From the NCBI GenBank assembly GCA_044222475.1, contig JBGANF010000006.1:1-64000 (forward strand): a stretch of DNA of 64,000 nt. Direction: 5' to 3'. How positions within the stretch are numbered: the stretch's first letter is position 1; each line of letters begins with the position of its first letter. The notes beneath the pieces were generated by a model, which made no database searches, had not been told where the DNA came from, and was given only the letters and a program-made list of their open reading frames with translations. Of this stretch, positions 39,026-49,990 are shown piece by piece. This stretch comes from Polyangiaceae bacterium (GTDB lineage Bacteria > Myxococcota_A > Polyangia > Polyangiales > Polyangiaceae). A program made the position numbers and the translations under genes.

Positions 39026-40516
39026 TTACTCGGGGATTTGGAGCCCGGCGGCGACCAGCTCGTCGCGGTATTGATCGAGCCATTTCACGAACGTGGCCGA
39101 GACCTCGGGGTCGAACTGGGTCCCCGAGCAGCGCTCGATCTCGTCGACCGCGACCTCGTGGGGGAGGGCGCGACGGTACGCGCGGTCGCTCGTCATCGCG
39201 TCGTACGTGTCGGCGACGGAGATGATACGCGCGATCAGCGGGACGTCGTTGCCCTTCAGGCCGAGTGGATACCCGCGGCCGTCCCACCGCTCGTGGTGGA
39301 GGTGCACGCCAGGGATGAGCGGGTGGAGGAATTTGATCGGATCGAGGATGTCGCGCCCGAAGCCCGGGTGACGCTTGAAGATCTCGTACTCGTCCTGGGT
39401 GAGCTTCCCCGGCTTGTTGAGGTTCATCACGCAGCCGATCTTGCCGATGTCGTGCATGAGCGCTGCCTGGCGCACGATCTCTTGCTCCTGCGGGCCGAGC
39501 CCGAGCCGCTGCGCCAAGTAGGCGGCGTACATCGCGACTCGGCTCGAGTGACCGGCGGTGTAGCGATCCATCTTGTCGATGGCCTTCGCGAGCCCCTCGA
39601 TCGTCTGCTGGAACGTCGCCTGGAGGTCCTCGTAGAGGCGCGCGTTCTCCACCGCGGCCGCGGCGCGCGAGCCCACGATCGAGAGCACCTTGCGCTGCCC
39701 TTCCACGAAGCGCTTGGTCTTGGAGAACGAGAGGACGGCGACGAAGCCGAACGGCTTCTCCTTCATCCGCAGCGGCACTGCGACCAGCGACTGCGGCGGG
39801 ATCGCGGGCTGGCGCGAGAAGAAGCGGCCGACGCTCGCGCCGTGCTCGAGGAGCGCGCCGCTCTCCTTGAAGTGGGCGAGGAACGCCGCCGGGTCGAGCT
39901 CGCCGAGGTCCGCGTCGGACGCGGGCGGCGGGTCGGCGGCGCGGCGCAGGCGCTCGAAGAGCCCGCCCTCGCTGTCGTCGAGCCAGGTCGACACGAGGTC
40001 GCCGTCGAGCTCGTGGAGGGCGGTGTCGGCGATGGTCGCGAGCACCTCTTCGAGCGAGAGCGACGCTTGGATCGCCTCGCTCACCTTGTAGAGGCTGAGC
40101 GCTTCGCGGAGCCGGATGTTCTCGGCCGCGAGGCGTTGCTTCTCCAGCCCGCGCTGGACGACGTGGATGACCTCTTCGACCTTGAACGGCTTGAGGATGT
40201 AGTCGTACGCGCCGCGCTTCATCGCGTCGATCGCGGTCTCCACCGTTCCGAAGCCGGTCATGATGACGGTGAGCGCGTTGGGAGCTTCGGTTGCCATCTG
40301 GGCGAGCAGCTCGATGCCGCCCATCTTCGGCATCTTCAGATCGCTGATGACGATGTCGTACTTCTGGCTGCGCAGCTCGCCGATCGCGGCGGACCCATCC
40401 TCTGCCGTACGTACGACGTAACCTTCCATTCCGAGAAAGTCCGCGAGGATGTCTCGAATGAACTTCTCGTCGTCGACGATGAGGACGCGAGGGCGATCCT
40501 CGTGGGGGGTGGTCAT
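39026..40516 (-). CDS. Response regulator with REC-GAF-HD-GYP domains (cyclic dinucleotide phosphodiesterase)
   Basis: LIVDDE, SDLKMP and KPF (REC); YTAGHS, HDIGK, HHERWDGRGYP and ADTYDAMTSDRAYR (HD-GYP). Confidence 0.93.
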   Translation of the reverse strand: MTTPHEDRPRVLIVDDEKFIRDILADFLGMEGYVVRTAEDGSAAIGELRSQKYDIVISDLKMPKMGGIELLAQMATEAPNALTVIMTGFGTVETAIDAMKRGAYDYILKPFKVEEVIHVVQRGLEKQRLAAENIRLREALSLYKVSEAIQASLSLEEVLATIADTALHELDGDLVSTWLDDSEGGLFERLRRAADPPPASDADLGELDPAAFLAHFKESGALLEHGASVGRFFSRQPAIPPQSLVAVPLRMKEKPFGFVAVLSFSKTKRFVEGQRKVLSIVGSRAAAAVENARLYEDLQATFQQTIEGLAKAIDKMDRYTAGHSSRVAMYAAYLAQRLGLGPQEQEIVRQAALMHDIGKIGCVMNLNKPGKLTQDEYEIFKRHPGFGRDILDPIKFLHPLIPGVHLHHERWDGRGYPLGLKGNDVPLIARIISVADTYDAMTSDRAYRRALPHEVAVDEIERCSGTQFDPEVSATFVKWLDQYRDELVAAGLQIPE

Positions 40517-40522
40517 TCGTAG

Positions 40523-41251
40523 GTGCGAAGTGTACAGGCGAGGTCGGGCGAGGTCACGCGAAACGGCCGCAATGGCTCCCGGCCCACCGTTGCCGACGCG
40601 CCTGCGCCATGCGATGAACCGGACGTGGGCTGGCCCTCCCTAGACCGTTCCCGGCTCTCGGCGCCGGCGTGGAGCGTGCTCGCCTACTCGACGCTCGTCG
40701 TCGTCGCCTTCGGCATCTCGCTCGCCCTCGGCCGGTCCCCGCTCGACCGCGAGCCCTGGCTCCCGACGAGCGGCATCGAGGCGGCGTTCTCGTCCCTCGT
40801 GCTCGGCCTCGCCGTCGCCGCCCTCACGCTCCTCGCCACCCGGGCCCTCGGCGCCCGCACGAAGTGGGCTCGGGCGCTCGAAGCGGAGCTCCACCCCATC
40901 GTCCGCGGCCAGACCGACGGCGCGCTCTCGGTGATGGCGCTCGCGAGCGGCGTCGGCGAGGAGATCTTCTTCCGCGGGCTCCTGTCGCCGTGGATCGGCG
41001 TCGTCCTCTCGTCGCTCGCGTTCGGCGCGGTTCACCAAGTGCGCGGGCCCGGGCGCATCGGCTGGATGGCGAGCGCCGCCGCCCTCGGGCTCGCGTTCGC
41101 CTTGGTGTTCGGTGCGACGGGGAGCCTCCTCGGGCCGGTCGTCGGTCACACGCTCATCAACTTCTGGAACCTGCGCGGACTCCGCTCGCGATCGCCCGCC
41201 GCCGCGCTCCCGCCGCCGGCGCGGCTCGGCGGCATCCTCCGCCGCCGCTGA
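40523..41251 (+). CDS. CPBP/Abi intramembrane metalloprotease (start uncertain)
   Basis: EEIFFRG, FGAVH and GHTLIN, with TM segments. Confidence 0.85.
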   Translation: MRSVQARSGEVTRNGRNGSRPTVADAPAPCDEPDVGWPSLDRSRLSAPAWSVLAYSTLVVVAFGISLALGRSPLDREPWLPTSGIEAAFSSLVLGLAVAALTLLATRALGARTKWARALEAELHPIVRGQTDGALSVMALASGVGEEIFFRGLLSPWIGVVLSSLAFGAVHQVRGPGRIGWMASAAALGLAFALVFGATGSLLGPVVGHTLINFWNLRGLRSRSPAAALPPPARLGGILRRR

Positions 41252-42895
<1,644 letters not shown>

Positions 42896-42904
42896 GGACT
42901 CATA

Positions 42905-42962
42905 CTAGTGTGGTGAGTCTGCGAACCGGCCAACAAACCGGCGGCAAGACTCACCACACTAG
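42905..42962. mobile_element. 58-bp CTAG-bounded palindromic element (mini-MITE or IS scar)
   Basis: Perfect 16-bp inverted repeat ctagtgtggtgagtct / agactcaccacactag. Confidence 0.6.
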
Positions 42963-43083
42963 GTGCGCCCGGGGAGCGGGCGCCGGGTTCTCCGGGGCGG
43001 AGCCCCGATGACGAAGGCTGGTGTCCTGAGCCGGCGCTCTGCGCCGGTGCGAATGCATCCGAGATTTCGAAGGAATCTCGGAC

Positions 43084-43545
43084 TCAGGGCACCAGCGGGA
43101 CTGGGCCGCCGAGGAAGCCAAAGAAGCGCGCCACCCAGACCACGACCTGGAGCACGGATCCCGCCAGCACGGCCCGCAGCGCCCACGTGGCGGCGGTCGA
43201 GTCGGCGAACGCGCGAAGATCGCCGTCGCGTCCGACGAGGCGGATGCTGTCGATCGCGAGAACGCCGAGCGCCACGACGATGACCGGTCCGAGCGGGTTG
43301 TAGCGGAGCGCGGCGACGAGATCGCCGTGGAGAAGCGCGAGCGCCGAGCGCGTGGTTCCGCAGCCGGGGCAGGGCGTGTGCGTCATCGCGGCGAAGCTGC
43401 AAGGCACCCGACCGGAGGCGAGCACGAAGAAGAGCGCGGCGTACCCGGCCGACAGGAGCGCCGCCCTCGCCACGCGGTTGCGGACCGGCGTGGCAGACGT
43501 GGCCGGCGCCGGCGCCGGCACGAGCGCTATTTTGCCGGGAGCCAT
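43084..43545 (-). CDS. DUF2752 membrane protein
   Basis: C.F...T..PCPGCG.TRS...LLHGD...A.RYNPL. Confidence 0.9.
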   Translation of the reverse strand: MAPGKIALVPAPAPATSATPVRNRVARAALLSAGYAALFFVLASGRVPCSFAAMTHTPCPGCGTTRSALALLHGDLVAALRYNPLGPVIVVALGVLAIDSIRLVGRDGDLRAFADSTAATWALRAVLAGSVLQVVVWVARFFGFLGGPVPLVP

Positions 43546-43650
43546 GAATCAGACGTGCGACTGCGTCGGGTTTCGGGTTACCATGCGCCCCGTTCGAGCG
43601 ACGAGACCTGGGTACGCCAGGCCCGCCCACGTTGGAGAGAGAAGGAACGC

Positions 43651-44241
43651 ATGATGGTGGATCAGCCGATGAGCGCAAACGGTATTTTGCAGGCCGCTGG
43701 TGGCTATGGTCCGCCGGGTGGTGGCTATCCTCCTCCGGGCGCTCCGCCGGGTGGTGGCTACGGTGGTCCTCCTCCCGGCGCACCGCCGGGCGGTGGCTAC
43801 GGTGGTCCTCCGCAGGGCCCGCCTCCGGGTGGCTTCGGTGGTCCTCCTCCGGGCGCGCCTCCGGGCGGCGGCTACGGCGGTCCTCCGCCGGGTGGCTTCG
43901 GCGGTCCTCCGCCGGGTGGCCCGCCTCCGGGCGGCGGTTTCGGTCCTCCGGGCGGCGGCTTCGCCCCGCCGGGCGGCCCGATGATGCCGGGCGGCGCTGC
44001 GGGTGAGGTCAACACCACGCTCCCGCTCATCCTCAACATCGTCGGCATCCTCTGCTGCGCGTGCTTCCCGGTCGGCATCGTCGGCCTCGTCTTCGCCATC
44101 CAGGCCAACACGGCCAAGAAGGCGGGCGACATCATGACCGCGCAGTCGAAGGCGAAGACCGCCCTCATCTGCGGCATCGTCTCGGTCGCTCTCGGCGTCC
44201 TCGGCGACATGGGCGGCGGCGTCTCCAGCATGCTGAACTGA
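43651..44241 (+). CDS. CD225/dispanin-family protein with a Gly/Pro-rich N-terminus
   Basis: (GGYGGPPPGAPP)n followed by LCC.C.P.GIVGLVFAIQA....AGD...A...A.TA. Confidence 0.85.
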   Translation: MMVDQPMSANGILQAAGGYGPPGGGYPPPGAPPGGGYGGPPPGAPPGGGYGGPPQGPPPGGFGGPPPGAPPGGGYGGPPPGGFGGPPPGGPPPGGGFGPPGGGFAPPGGPMMPGGAAGEVNTTLPLILNIVGILCCACFPVGIVGLVFAIQANTAKKAGDIMTAQSKAKTALICGIVSVALGVLGDMGGGVSSMLN

Positions 44242-44264
44242 TAGTCCCAACTTGGGACGACGCG

Positions 44265-44304
44265 GCGGAGGCCACCCGAAAGGGACGGCCTCCGCTTCGC
44301 TTTT
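44265..44304 (+). terminator. Probable intrinsic terminator
   Basis: gcggaggcc..ccc-gaaa-ggg..ggcctccgc followed by ttcgctttt, between convergent genes. Confidence 0.6.
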
Positions 44305-44308
44305 GTGC

Positions 44309-45025
44309 TCAGACGCTGGTGCCGTAGAGCCGGAAGATCACGATCACCGTCCAGTCGAACAGCGCGTGGGCGATGATCGCGGGGGCGAGCCGCCGACCGC
44401 GCTCGACCATGGCCCCGAACGCGATGCCGGCGCCGAGCGCGGCAAACGGGATGAGCGGATTCTTTCCCATCACGTCGTCGCTGAGCTTCCACATCGATGG
44501 GACGTGCGCGATCGCGTAGAGCACGCTGGACGCGAGCCACGCCTTGCCCCCGAGCCGAGGCGCCAAAAGATCGCGGACGAGGCTCCGCCAGACGATCTCT
44601 TCGGCGGCTGCCGCCGCGATGATGCCCAGCGCGACGAGCACGAGGTGCTCGCGGATGACGGACGTGTCGCCGGCCTGGTCGTAGATGCGCGACACCCAGA
44701 TCGCCTTGCCAGCGCCGACGATCATGCGGACGAGGCCGTACGACGAGCCGAACATGACGAGGGCGACCAGAAAGCCGGTCGACAGGTCGCCCCAGCGCGG
44801 CTGGAGCAGGGTTCGGGCCCGCTTCTCCCGCACCGCCCGCGCGACCCCGACCAGCGCGAACACGAACGAGGGGCCGGCGAGCCAGAAGTAGCCCGAGAGC
44901 TTGCCGGCCCGAGACAGATCGAAGCCGAACCACGCCCCGATGGCGACCGCGACGACCGGCACGAGCGCGAGGATCGGGGGTAGGGCAGGCGCGGGCGTGC
45001 GCTGGGAGTCGCGGGGCGGGCTCAT
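44309..45025 (-). CDS. CPBP/Abi intramembrane metalloprotease
   Basis: EEIVWR, YAIAH and AHALFD. Confidence 0.85.
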   Translation of the reverse strand: MSPPRDSQRTPAPALPPILALVPVVAVAIGAWFGFDLSRAGKLSGYFWLAGPSFVFALVGVARAVREKRARTLLQPRWGDLSTGFLVALVMFGSSYGLVRMIVGAGKAIWVSRIYDQAGDTSVIREHLVLVALGIIAAAAAEEIVWRSLVRDLLAPRLGGKAWLASSVLYAIAHVPSMWKLSDDVMGKNPLIPFAALGAGIAFGAMVERGRRLAPAIIAHALFDWTVIVIFRLYGTSV

Positions 45026-45280
45026 CGTGGGCGCTAGGCGCTCGCTACCAAACGGCGCACATTCCGTCCATCCCGCATGCGGCGTTTGACGCCACCGGGA
45101 TGGCGCGATATACCCCTTTCGTCACCGGGGGAGAGGTGCGCAGTCGTGCGAGAGGAGCTACTCCCTCGGCGCGGCCGCCGATTCCCGAAGAAGACCGCTG
45201 CGGCGCCCCAACCTCGTGTGGGCCCGTCAGGTCTCCAAAAAACCGCCCCAAAACGGGCCACTGGGCAAAGAAGCAACGAG

Positions 45281-46852
45281 ATGACGTTCACGGAAGCCGC
45301 GGCCGAGGTCTTGCGCCTCGCTGGTAAGCCGCTCCACTACAAAGAAATCACCGAGCTCGCGATCGAGAAGAGCCTCCTCTCTCACGTCGGCAAGAGCCCC
45401 GAAGTCACGATGGGCGCGCGCCTCGCCGCCCTCCTGAAGAAGGAAGACAAGACCAACCCGATCGTCCGCGTGAAGCCGGGCGTCTTCGCACTGCGCGAGT
45501 GGGGCGACAAGAAGGGCGCTGCCGCCGCCGCGAGCGACGACTCGGACTCCTCGGAGAACGAGGTCAACGCGCTCGAAGTGGAGGCCGCCGCCGCTGCTCC
45601 CGACTCGGAGCCGCTCCTCGACGACGAAGGCGAGGGCGAGAGCGGGGGAGCTCCGATGAACGGCGACGACGCGCTTCGCGCCGATCTCGCCGCGAGCGGC
45701 GCCGATTTCTTCGACGACGAAGACGACGACGATCAGCCGATCCTCGCCCCGGCCACGACCAACGGCCCGTCGGCGACGGCTCAGGGTGGCGTCGCGATCG
45801 ACGGCGCGCAGCAAGGCGAAGGCGGACGGCGTCGCCGTCGTCGCCGCCGCCGCGGCCGCGGTGGTGATCGTCCGGAGATGGGCGCCCGCGAAGGCGGCGG
45901 CGCGATGCCGGTGGGATCGTCGACCGCGCTCGAGGGCGAAAACGGCGAAGGCACGCGCGATCCGCTCGCGCCTGCTCCGCGTCCCCAGATCCGCGATCGA
46001 CAGCAGATCATGTCCGGCGGCTTGCCGAGCGGCATCGAAGTGGCGCTCACCGACGGCGACGAGCTCGCCGGTCGCGAGCTCGCCGACGCGGCGCACATCG
46101 TGTTCGCCGCGTTCGATCGCAACGGCGGCCCGGTGTCGCTCCGTTCGCTCGTCGATCAGCTCATGCGCCGTGGCCGCCTCGTCGGCGATCCCGCCGCGTG
46201 CTCGGTGCAGCTCTCGGCCTCGATGCGCGCGGACAACCTCCGCCGCGAAGCGGCGGGTCTGCGTCCGAGGTTCCGCTTCGCGTCGGGCGCGCGCGTCGCC
46301 CCGACCGACTGGATCCTCGGTCAGGAGCTCCAGCGCTTCGAGATGGAAGCCGCGCAGGCGCTCGACCGTTACCGCGAGGCCGCTCGTCGCGTGTTCCTCC
46401 GTCGCGTGCAGGAGCTCCCGGGCCACGCGTTCGCCGAGCTCGCGCTCCTCGCCCTCGAGCGCGCGGGCATGGGTCAGCTCCGCGGTGTGCGTCGCGCCGG
46501 TGCCTCCGGTGGCGAAGCGCACTTCAGCGCGATCCACCGCACCGGCTCCGACGAGATCCGCACGGCGATCGTCATCCGCAAGGATGGTCGCGAGATCGGC
46601 CGCGAGCGCGTGAGCGATCTGCGCGGCGCGCTCCACCACTACGGTCCGGCCACGGCAGGCTGGCTCGTCACCACCGGCCAGGTGCTCTCGGGCGCTCGCG
46701 AAGAAGCGGCGACGCCGAGCGCGGCGCCGGTCGCGCTCTTCGACGGGCTCGCGTTCTGCAAGCTCCTCGAAGACAACGGGGTCGCGGTCCTCCGCACCAA
46801 GCAAGTCGTCGCGATTCCGGATCTCGAGCTCCTCGAAACCCTTCGCGGCTGA
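45281..46852 (+). CDS. HARE-HTH protein with an acidic/Arg-rich linker and a degenerate Mrr-like C-terminal domain
   Basis: MTF.EAA..VL...GKPLHYKEITELAIEK.LL...GK.PE.TM.ARL (HARE-HTH). The C-terminus reads F.EL...LE..G ... IGRERV.DLRG...GWLVTTG...AREEA...LFDG. Confidence 0.85.
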   Translation: MTFTEAAAEVLRLAGKPLHYKEITELAIEKSLLSHVGKSPEVTMGARLAALLKKEDKTNPIVRVKPGVFALREWGDKKGAAAAASDDSDSSENEVNALEVEAAAAAPDSEPLLDDEGEGESGGAPMNGDDALRADLAASGADFFDDEDDDDQPILAPATTNGPSATAQGGVAIDGAQQGEGGRRRRRRRRRGRGGDRPEMGAREGGGAMPVGSSTALEGENGEGTRDPLAPAPRPQIRDRQQIMSGGLPSGIEVALTDGDELAGRELADAAHIVFAAFDRNGGPVSLRSLVDQLMRRGRLVGDPAACSVQLSASMRADNLRREAAGLRPRFRFASGARVAPTDWILGQELQRFEMEAAQALDRYREAARRVFLRRVQELPGHAFAELALLALERAGMGQLRGVRRAGASGGEAHFSAIHRTGSDEIRTAIVIRKDGREIGRERVSDLRGALHHYGPATAGWLVTTGQVLSGAREEAATPSAAPVALFDGLAFCKLLEDNGVAVLRTKQVVAIPDLELLETLRG

Positions 46853-46860
46853 GCGGTCCG

Positions 46861-47865
46861 GTGATCCGCGTACTCGGACTGGCGCTCCTCGTCCTCGCGG
46901 CCCCGGCCGGGAAGCCGAAGCCGCCAGCTCCGGCTCCACGCCCGCCGCCCAAGGTCGACGTCACGCTCAGCGCGACGACGCCGACGGGCGGCTGGGCGGT
47001 GAAGGTGACGAACTCCGGGACGGTGCCCGTGCGCATCGTCGCGGACGCGGCGCTGCTCGATCTCGACGTCACCGCGCCGGGCGGTGGAGCGAAGGTCCAC
47101 TGCGCGCTTCCGTCCGACATGGTGCCGCTCTCGGACATGGAGCGCGGCCTCGTCCTCGTCCCGGGACGGAGCTACACCGAGAGGTTCGACCCGCGGCTCT
47201 ACTGCTTCTCCGAGCGAGAGGTCGCCGCGCTCGTGCCCGGCGCGACGGTGGCCGCTCACTACGGCTTCGGCGCGCGCAGCACGTCGAAGGCGTTCGTTCC
47301 GCTCGTCGCCCAGGACGACCCTGCGGCGCCGGGACCGGCGAAGTCCATCGACGCCGCGCCGCTCACGCTTCCGGCGCTGCCCGCGCCGGCGGCCGCTCCA
47401 CCGGTGGTGCCGGCGGTCACCGACGGCATCAAGCTCGTGCCGACCGTGACGCCGCGGATCGACCTCGAGCGCACGTTCGAGCGGCAGGTCACCGTGAGCG
47501 TCAAGAACGCGGGCCCGTTGGCCGTGCGTTCGTTGTTCACGTCGGCCACGGTCGGGTTCCTCCTCGTCGGGCCCGACGGGGCGACGACCTCGTGTGGCGC
47601 TGCGCTCGCGCCCACGCCCATCCCCGAGCTCCTGACGACGCTCGCCCCGGGCGCCCGCACCGACGTGACGATCGGGCTCGCGCTGTGCCCGTCGGCGGCG
47701 TTCCGGATGGCCGGCCTCTATCAGCTGCGGCCGAGGGTCGACACGCGACGCGTGGGGTACTCCACGGTGTCCCTCTACCGCGGCGAGGTCCTCGGGGAGC
47801 CGTCGCTCCTCCGCCTCCACGTCTCCACGAGCCAGCGTCCGCTCCCCCAAGTCGACCCGCCGTAG
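46861..47865 (+). CDS. Hypothetical exported protein
   Basis: GTG start, hydrophobic signal peptide, and two related Cys-containing beta-sandwich-like segments. Confidence 0.7.
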   Translation: MIRVLGLALLVLAAPAGKPKPPAPAPRPPPKVDVTLSATTPTGGWAVKVTNSGTVPVRIVADAALLDLDVTAPGGGAKVHCALPSDMVPLSDMERGLVLVPGRSYTERFDPRLYCFSEREVAALVPGATVAAHYGFGARSTSKAFVPLVAQDDPAAPGPAKSIDAAPLTLPALPAPAAAPPVVPAVTDGIKLVPTVTPRIDLERTFERQVTVSVKNAGPLAVRSLFTSATVGFLLVGPDGATTSCGAALAPTPIPELLTTLAPGARTDVTIGLALCPSAAFRMAGLYQLRPRVDTRRVGYSTVSLYRGEVLGEPSLLRLHVSTSQRPLPQVDPP

Positions 47866-47939
47866 AGGCGGTCCGGTCACATTCGTCAGCCGGCTGACAA
47901 TTCGCGCAACGGCCCGGCCGTCGGGTCCGAAGGGCATTC

Positions 47940-48782
47940 ATGCGCGTCGTCGCCCTCGTGCTCGCCGTCCTCGCCCTCGCCGGGTGCGCCGCCGCGCCCG
48001 CACCGCTCCCGCCGAAGGCGATCGCGCTGAACGAAGAAGGCGCGGAGGCCCTCGGCGCTGGCGACGTCGAGATCGCCGAGGCCAGACTGGCGCTCGCGCT
48101 CGAGTACAACCCGCGCTTCACCGAGGCGTGGGTCAACATGGGGCTCGTCAAGCTTCGCGGGCACGACTTCGCCGGCGCGCGCGCCGATTTCGATCGCGCC
48201 CACGAGCTCAACCCGGACCTCCCGGCACCGATGCACGCGCTCGGGATCCTCGAAGAGGTCCTCGGACAGCCGCGCAAGGCCGAGGCGCGCTACGCCGACG
48301 CGCTCGCGATCGATCCCGGCTTCGCGGCGTCGCGCGCGAACCTCGGTCGCCTGCTCTTCGCACGCGGAGCGATCGACGACGCCCGCGAGCAGTTCTTGCG
48401 GCTGACCCAAGTCGCTCCCGAGCAGGCCGAGGGCTACACCGGCCTCGTCGACTGCTATTGGAAGCTGGGACGCGACGACGAAGCGGACGTCATCCTCGAG
48501 AAGGCCGCGGCACGGTTCGCGACCATCGCCGGGGTCGAGATCCTCCTCGCGCGTCGCGCACTCAAGCGCGGCGACGTCGACGATGCCGAGGGGCGACTCG
48601 TCACCCTGACGAGCGGCGCCGACGGTCGATTCCACGCGACCGCGTGGGCCTGGCTCGGCGTCGCGCGCCTCGCCCGCGGCGATCGGGACGGCGCGGAGCG
48701 CGCGGCTCGCGAAGCGCTCCAGCGCGATCCGCGCGAGGCAGTGGCGCGCTTCGTCCTCGCGAAGCTGGGCGCTCGATCGTAG
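47940..48782 (+). CDS. TPR lipoprotein
   Basis: Lipobox LAGC and multiple TPR repeats. Confidence 0.88.
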   Translation: MRVVALVLAVLALAGCAAAPAPLPPKAIALNEEGAEALGAGDVEIAEARLALALEYNPRFTEAWVNMGLVKLRGHDFAGARADFDRAHELNPDLPAPMHALGILEEVLGQPRKAEARYADALAIDPGFAASRANLGRLLFARGAIDDAREQFLRLTQVAPEQAEGYTGLVDCYWKLGRDDEADVILEKAAARFATIAGVEILLARRALKRGDVDDAEGRLVTLTSGADGRFHATAWAWLGVARLARGDRDGAERAAREALQRDPREAVARFVLAKLGARS

Positions 48783-48790
48783 GCCGGCGA

Positions 48791-49990
48791 TCAGTGGAGC
48801 AGCAGAACCGCCGCGCCGCCGAGCAACGCGATGACGCCGAGGATCAGCGCGACGACGACCCACGCGGGGACGTGCGTGCCGGGGATGTCGATCCGCTCCT
48901 CTTCACCGCGAGTGGACGTCGGACCCGAGGAAGGGAGGCTCGGTCCGGAGCTCGCGCCGTCGCTGGCGGCTGCGGGGGCGTTCGCGATCGACTCTTCCTC
49001 GACCACGTGGGCGCCCGACGTGGGCGTGTTCACCGAGCGACGACTCGGCTCGGTCGTCTCCTCGGGGAGGGTGTACTTGCGGTACTTGAGCGGCTCTGCC
49101 TCGGGGTTCGCGTCGGCGAGGCTCGGGCCGTCGAAGTGGGCGACGACCACGGTGATGTTGTCGTGGCCGCCGGCGTAGTTCGCGCGCTCCGTCAGCGTCT
49201 TGCACGCCTCGAGCGGCTCGGGGACGGTGCGAAGGATCTCGCGGATCTCGTCGTTGCGGACCATCCCGGAGAGGCCGTCGGAGCAGAGCAGGAGGACGTC
49301 ACCCTTCTTGAGCTCGGTGAACGTGAGGTCGACCTGGACCGTGTCCGCCGTGCCGAGGGCCTGAAGGATGATGTTGTTGTGCTCGAACGTCTCGGCTTCT
49401 TCTTCGGTCAGCTGGCCGGCCTCGATGAGCTGGTTGACGAGCGACTGGTCGCGCGTGACTTGCACGAGCGTTCCGCCGCGCAAGATGTAGCCGCGCGAGT
49501 CGCCGACCTGCGCGAGGAACAGGTGGTCGTCGACGAACGCTGCCGCGGTCACCGTCGTGCCCATGCCGCGCCGTGATCGGTCGGCCTTGGCCTCGTGGAA
49601 GATGCGCTGTCCGGCGACCTCGACGGCGCGCACGAGGCGACGCGCGAGATCGTTGCGCGATGTCTGCACCTCGGGGTCGAGGCCTTCGACCATGCACTCG
49701 TAGATGATGTCGACGGCGAGCTGGCTCGCGACCTCGCCGGCGGCAGCGCCTCCCATGCCGTCGCACACGGCGAGGAGGTGACCGTTCTTTCCGAGGCCCA
49801 CGGGCTTGTTCGCGTCGTGGAGACCGCGCGCGCGCTTCGAGAGATCGGCGACGAGGAAGTTGTCCTCGTTGTGCTCGCGCACTTGGCCCACGTCGGTTCG
49901 AGCAAAGAGTCGCATCTGTACGTCGACCGCCGCCTTGGCCTCGGTGGGCTCGGCGGCTTTGGCCGTGCTGGAGGAGTCCGTTTGCGTCAC
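48791..49990 (-). CDS. PP2C (Stp1-like) Ser/Thr phosphatase with a C-terminal TM segment
   Basis: TDVG.VR.HNED, VCDGMGG, VGDSR, LCSDGL and GGHDNIT. Confidence 0.95.
   Translation of the reverse strand: MTQTDSSSTAKAAEPTEAKAAVDVQMRLFARTDVGQVREHNEDNFLVADLSKRARGLHDANKPVGLGKNGHLLAVCDGMGGAAAGEVASQLAVDIIYECMVEGLDPEVQTSRNDLARRLVRAVEVAGQRIFHEAKADRSRRGMGTTVTAAAFVDDHLFLAQVGDSRGYILRGGTLVQVTRDQSLVNQLIEAGQLTEEEAETFEHNNIILQALGTADTVQVDLTFTELKKGDVLLLCSDGLSGMVRNDEIREILRTVPEPLEACKTLTERANYAGGHDNITVVVAHFDGPSLADANPEAEPLKYRKYTLPEETTEPSRRSVNTPTSGAHVVEEESIANAPAAASDGASSGPSLPSSGPTSTRGEEERIDIPGTHVPAWVVVALILGVIALLGGAAVLLLH

Noticed and set aside
43700..43980. Repetitive DNA in the CD225 gene
   Set aside because: It is an ordinary Gly/Pro low-complexity coding repeat with synonymous variation.
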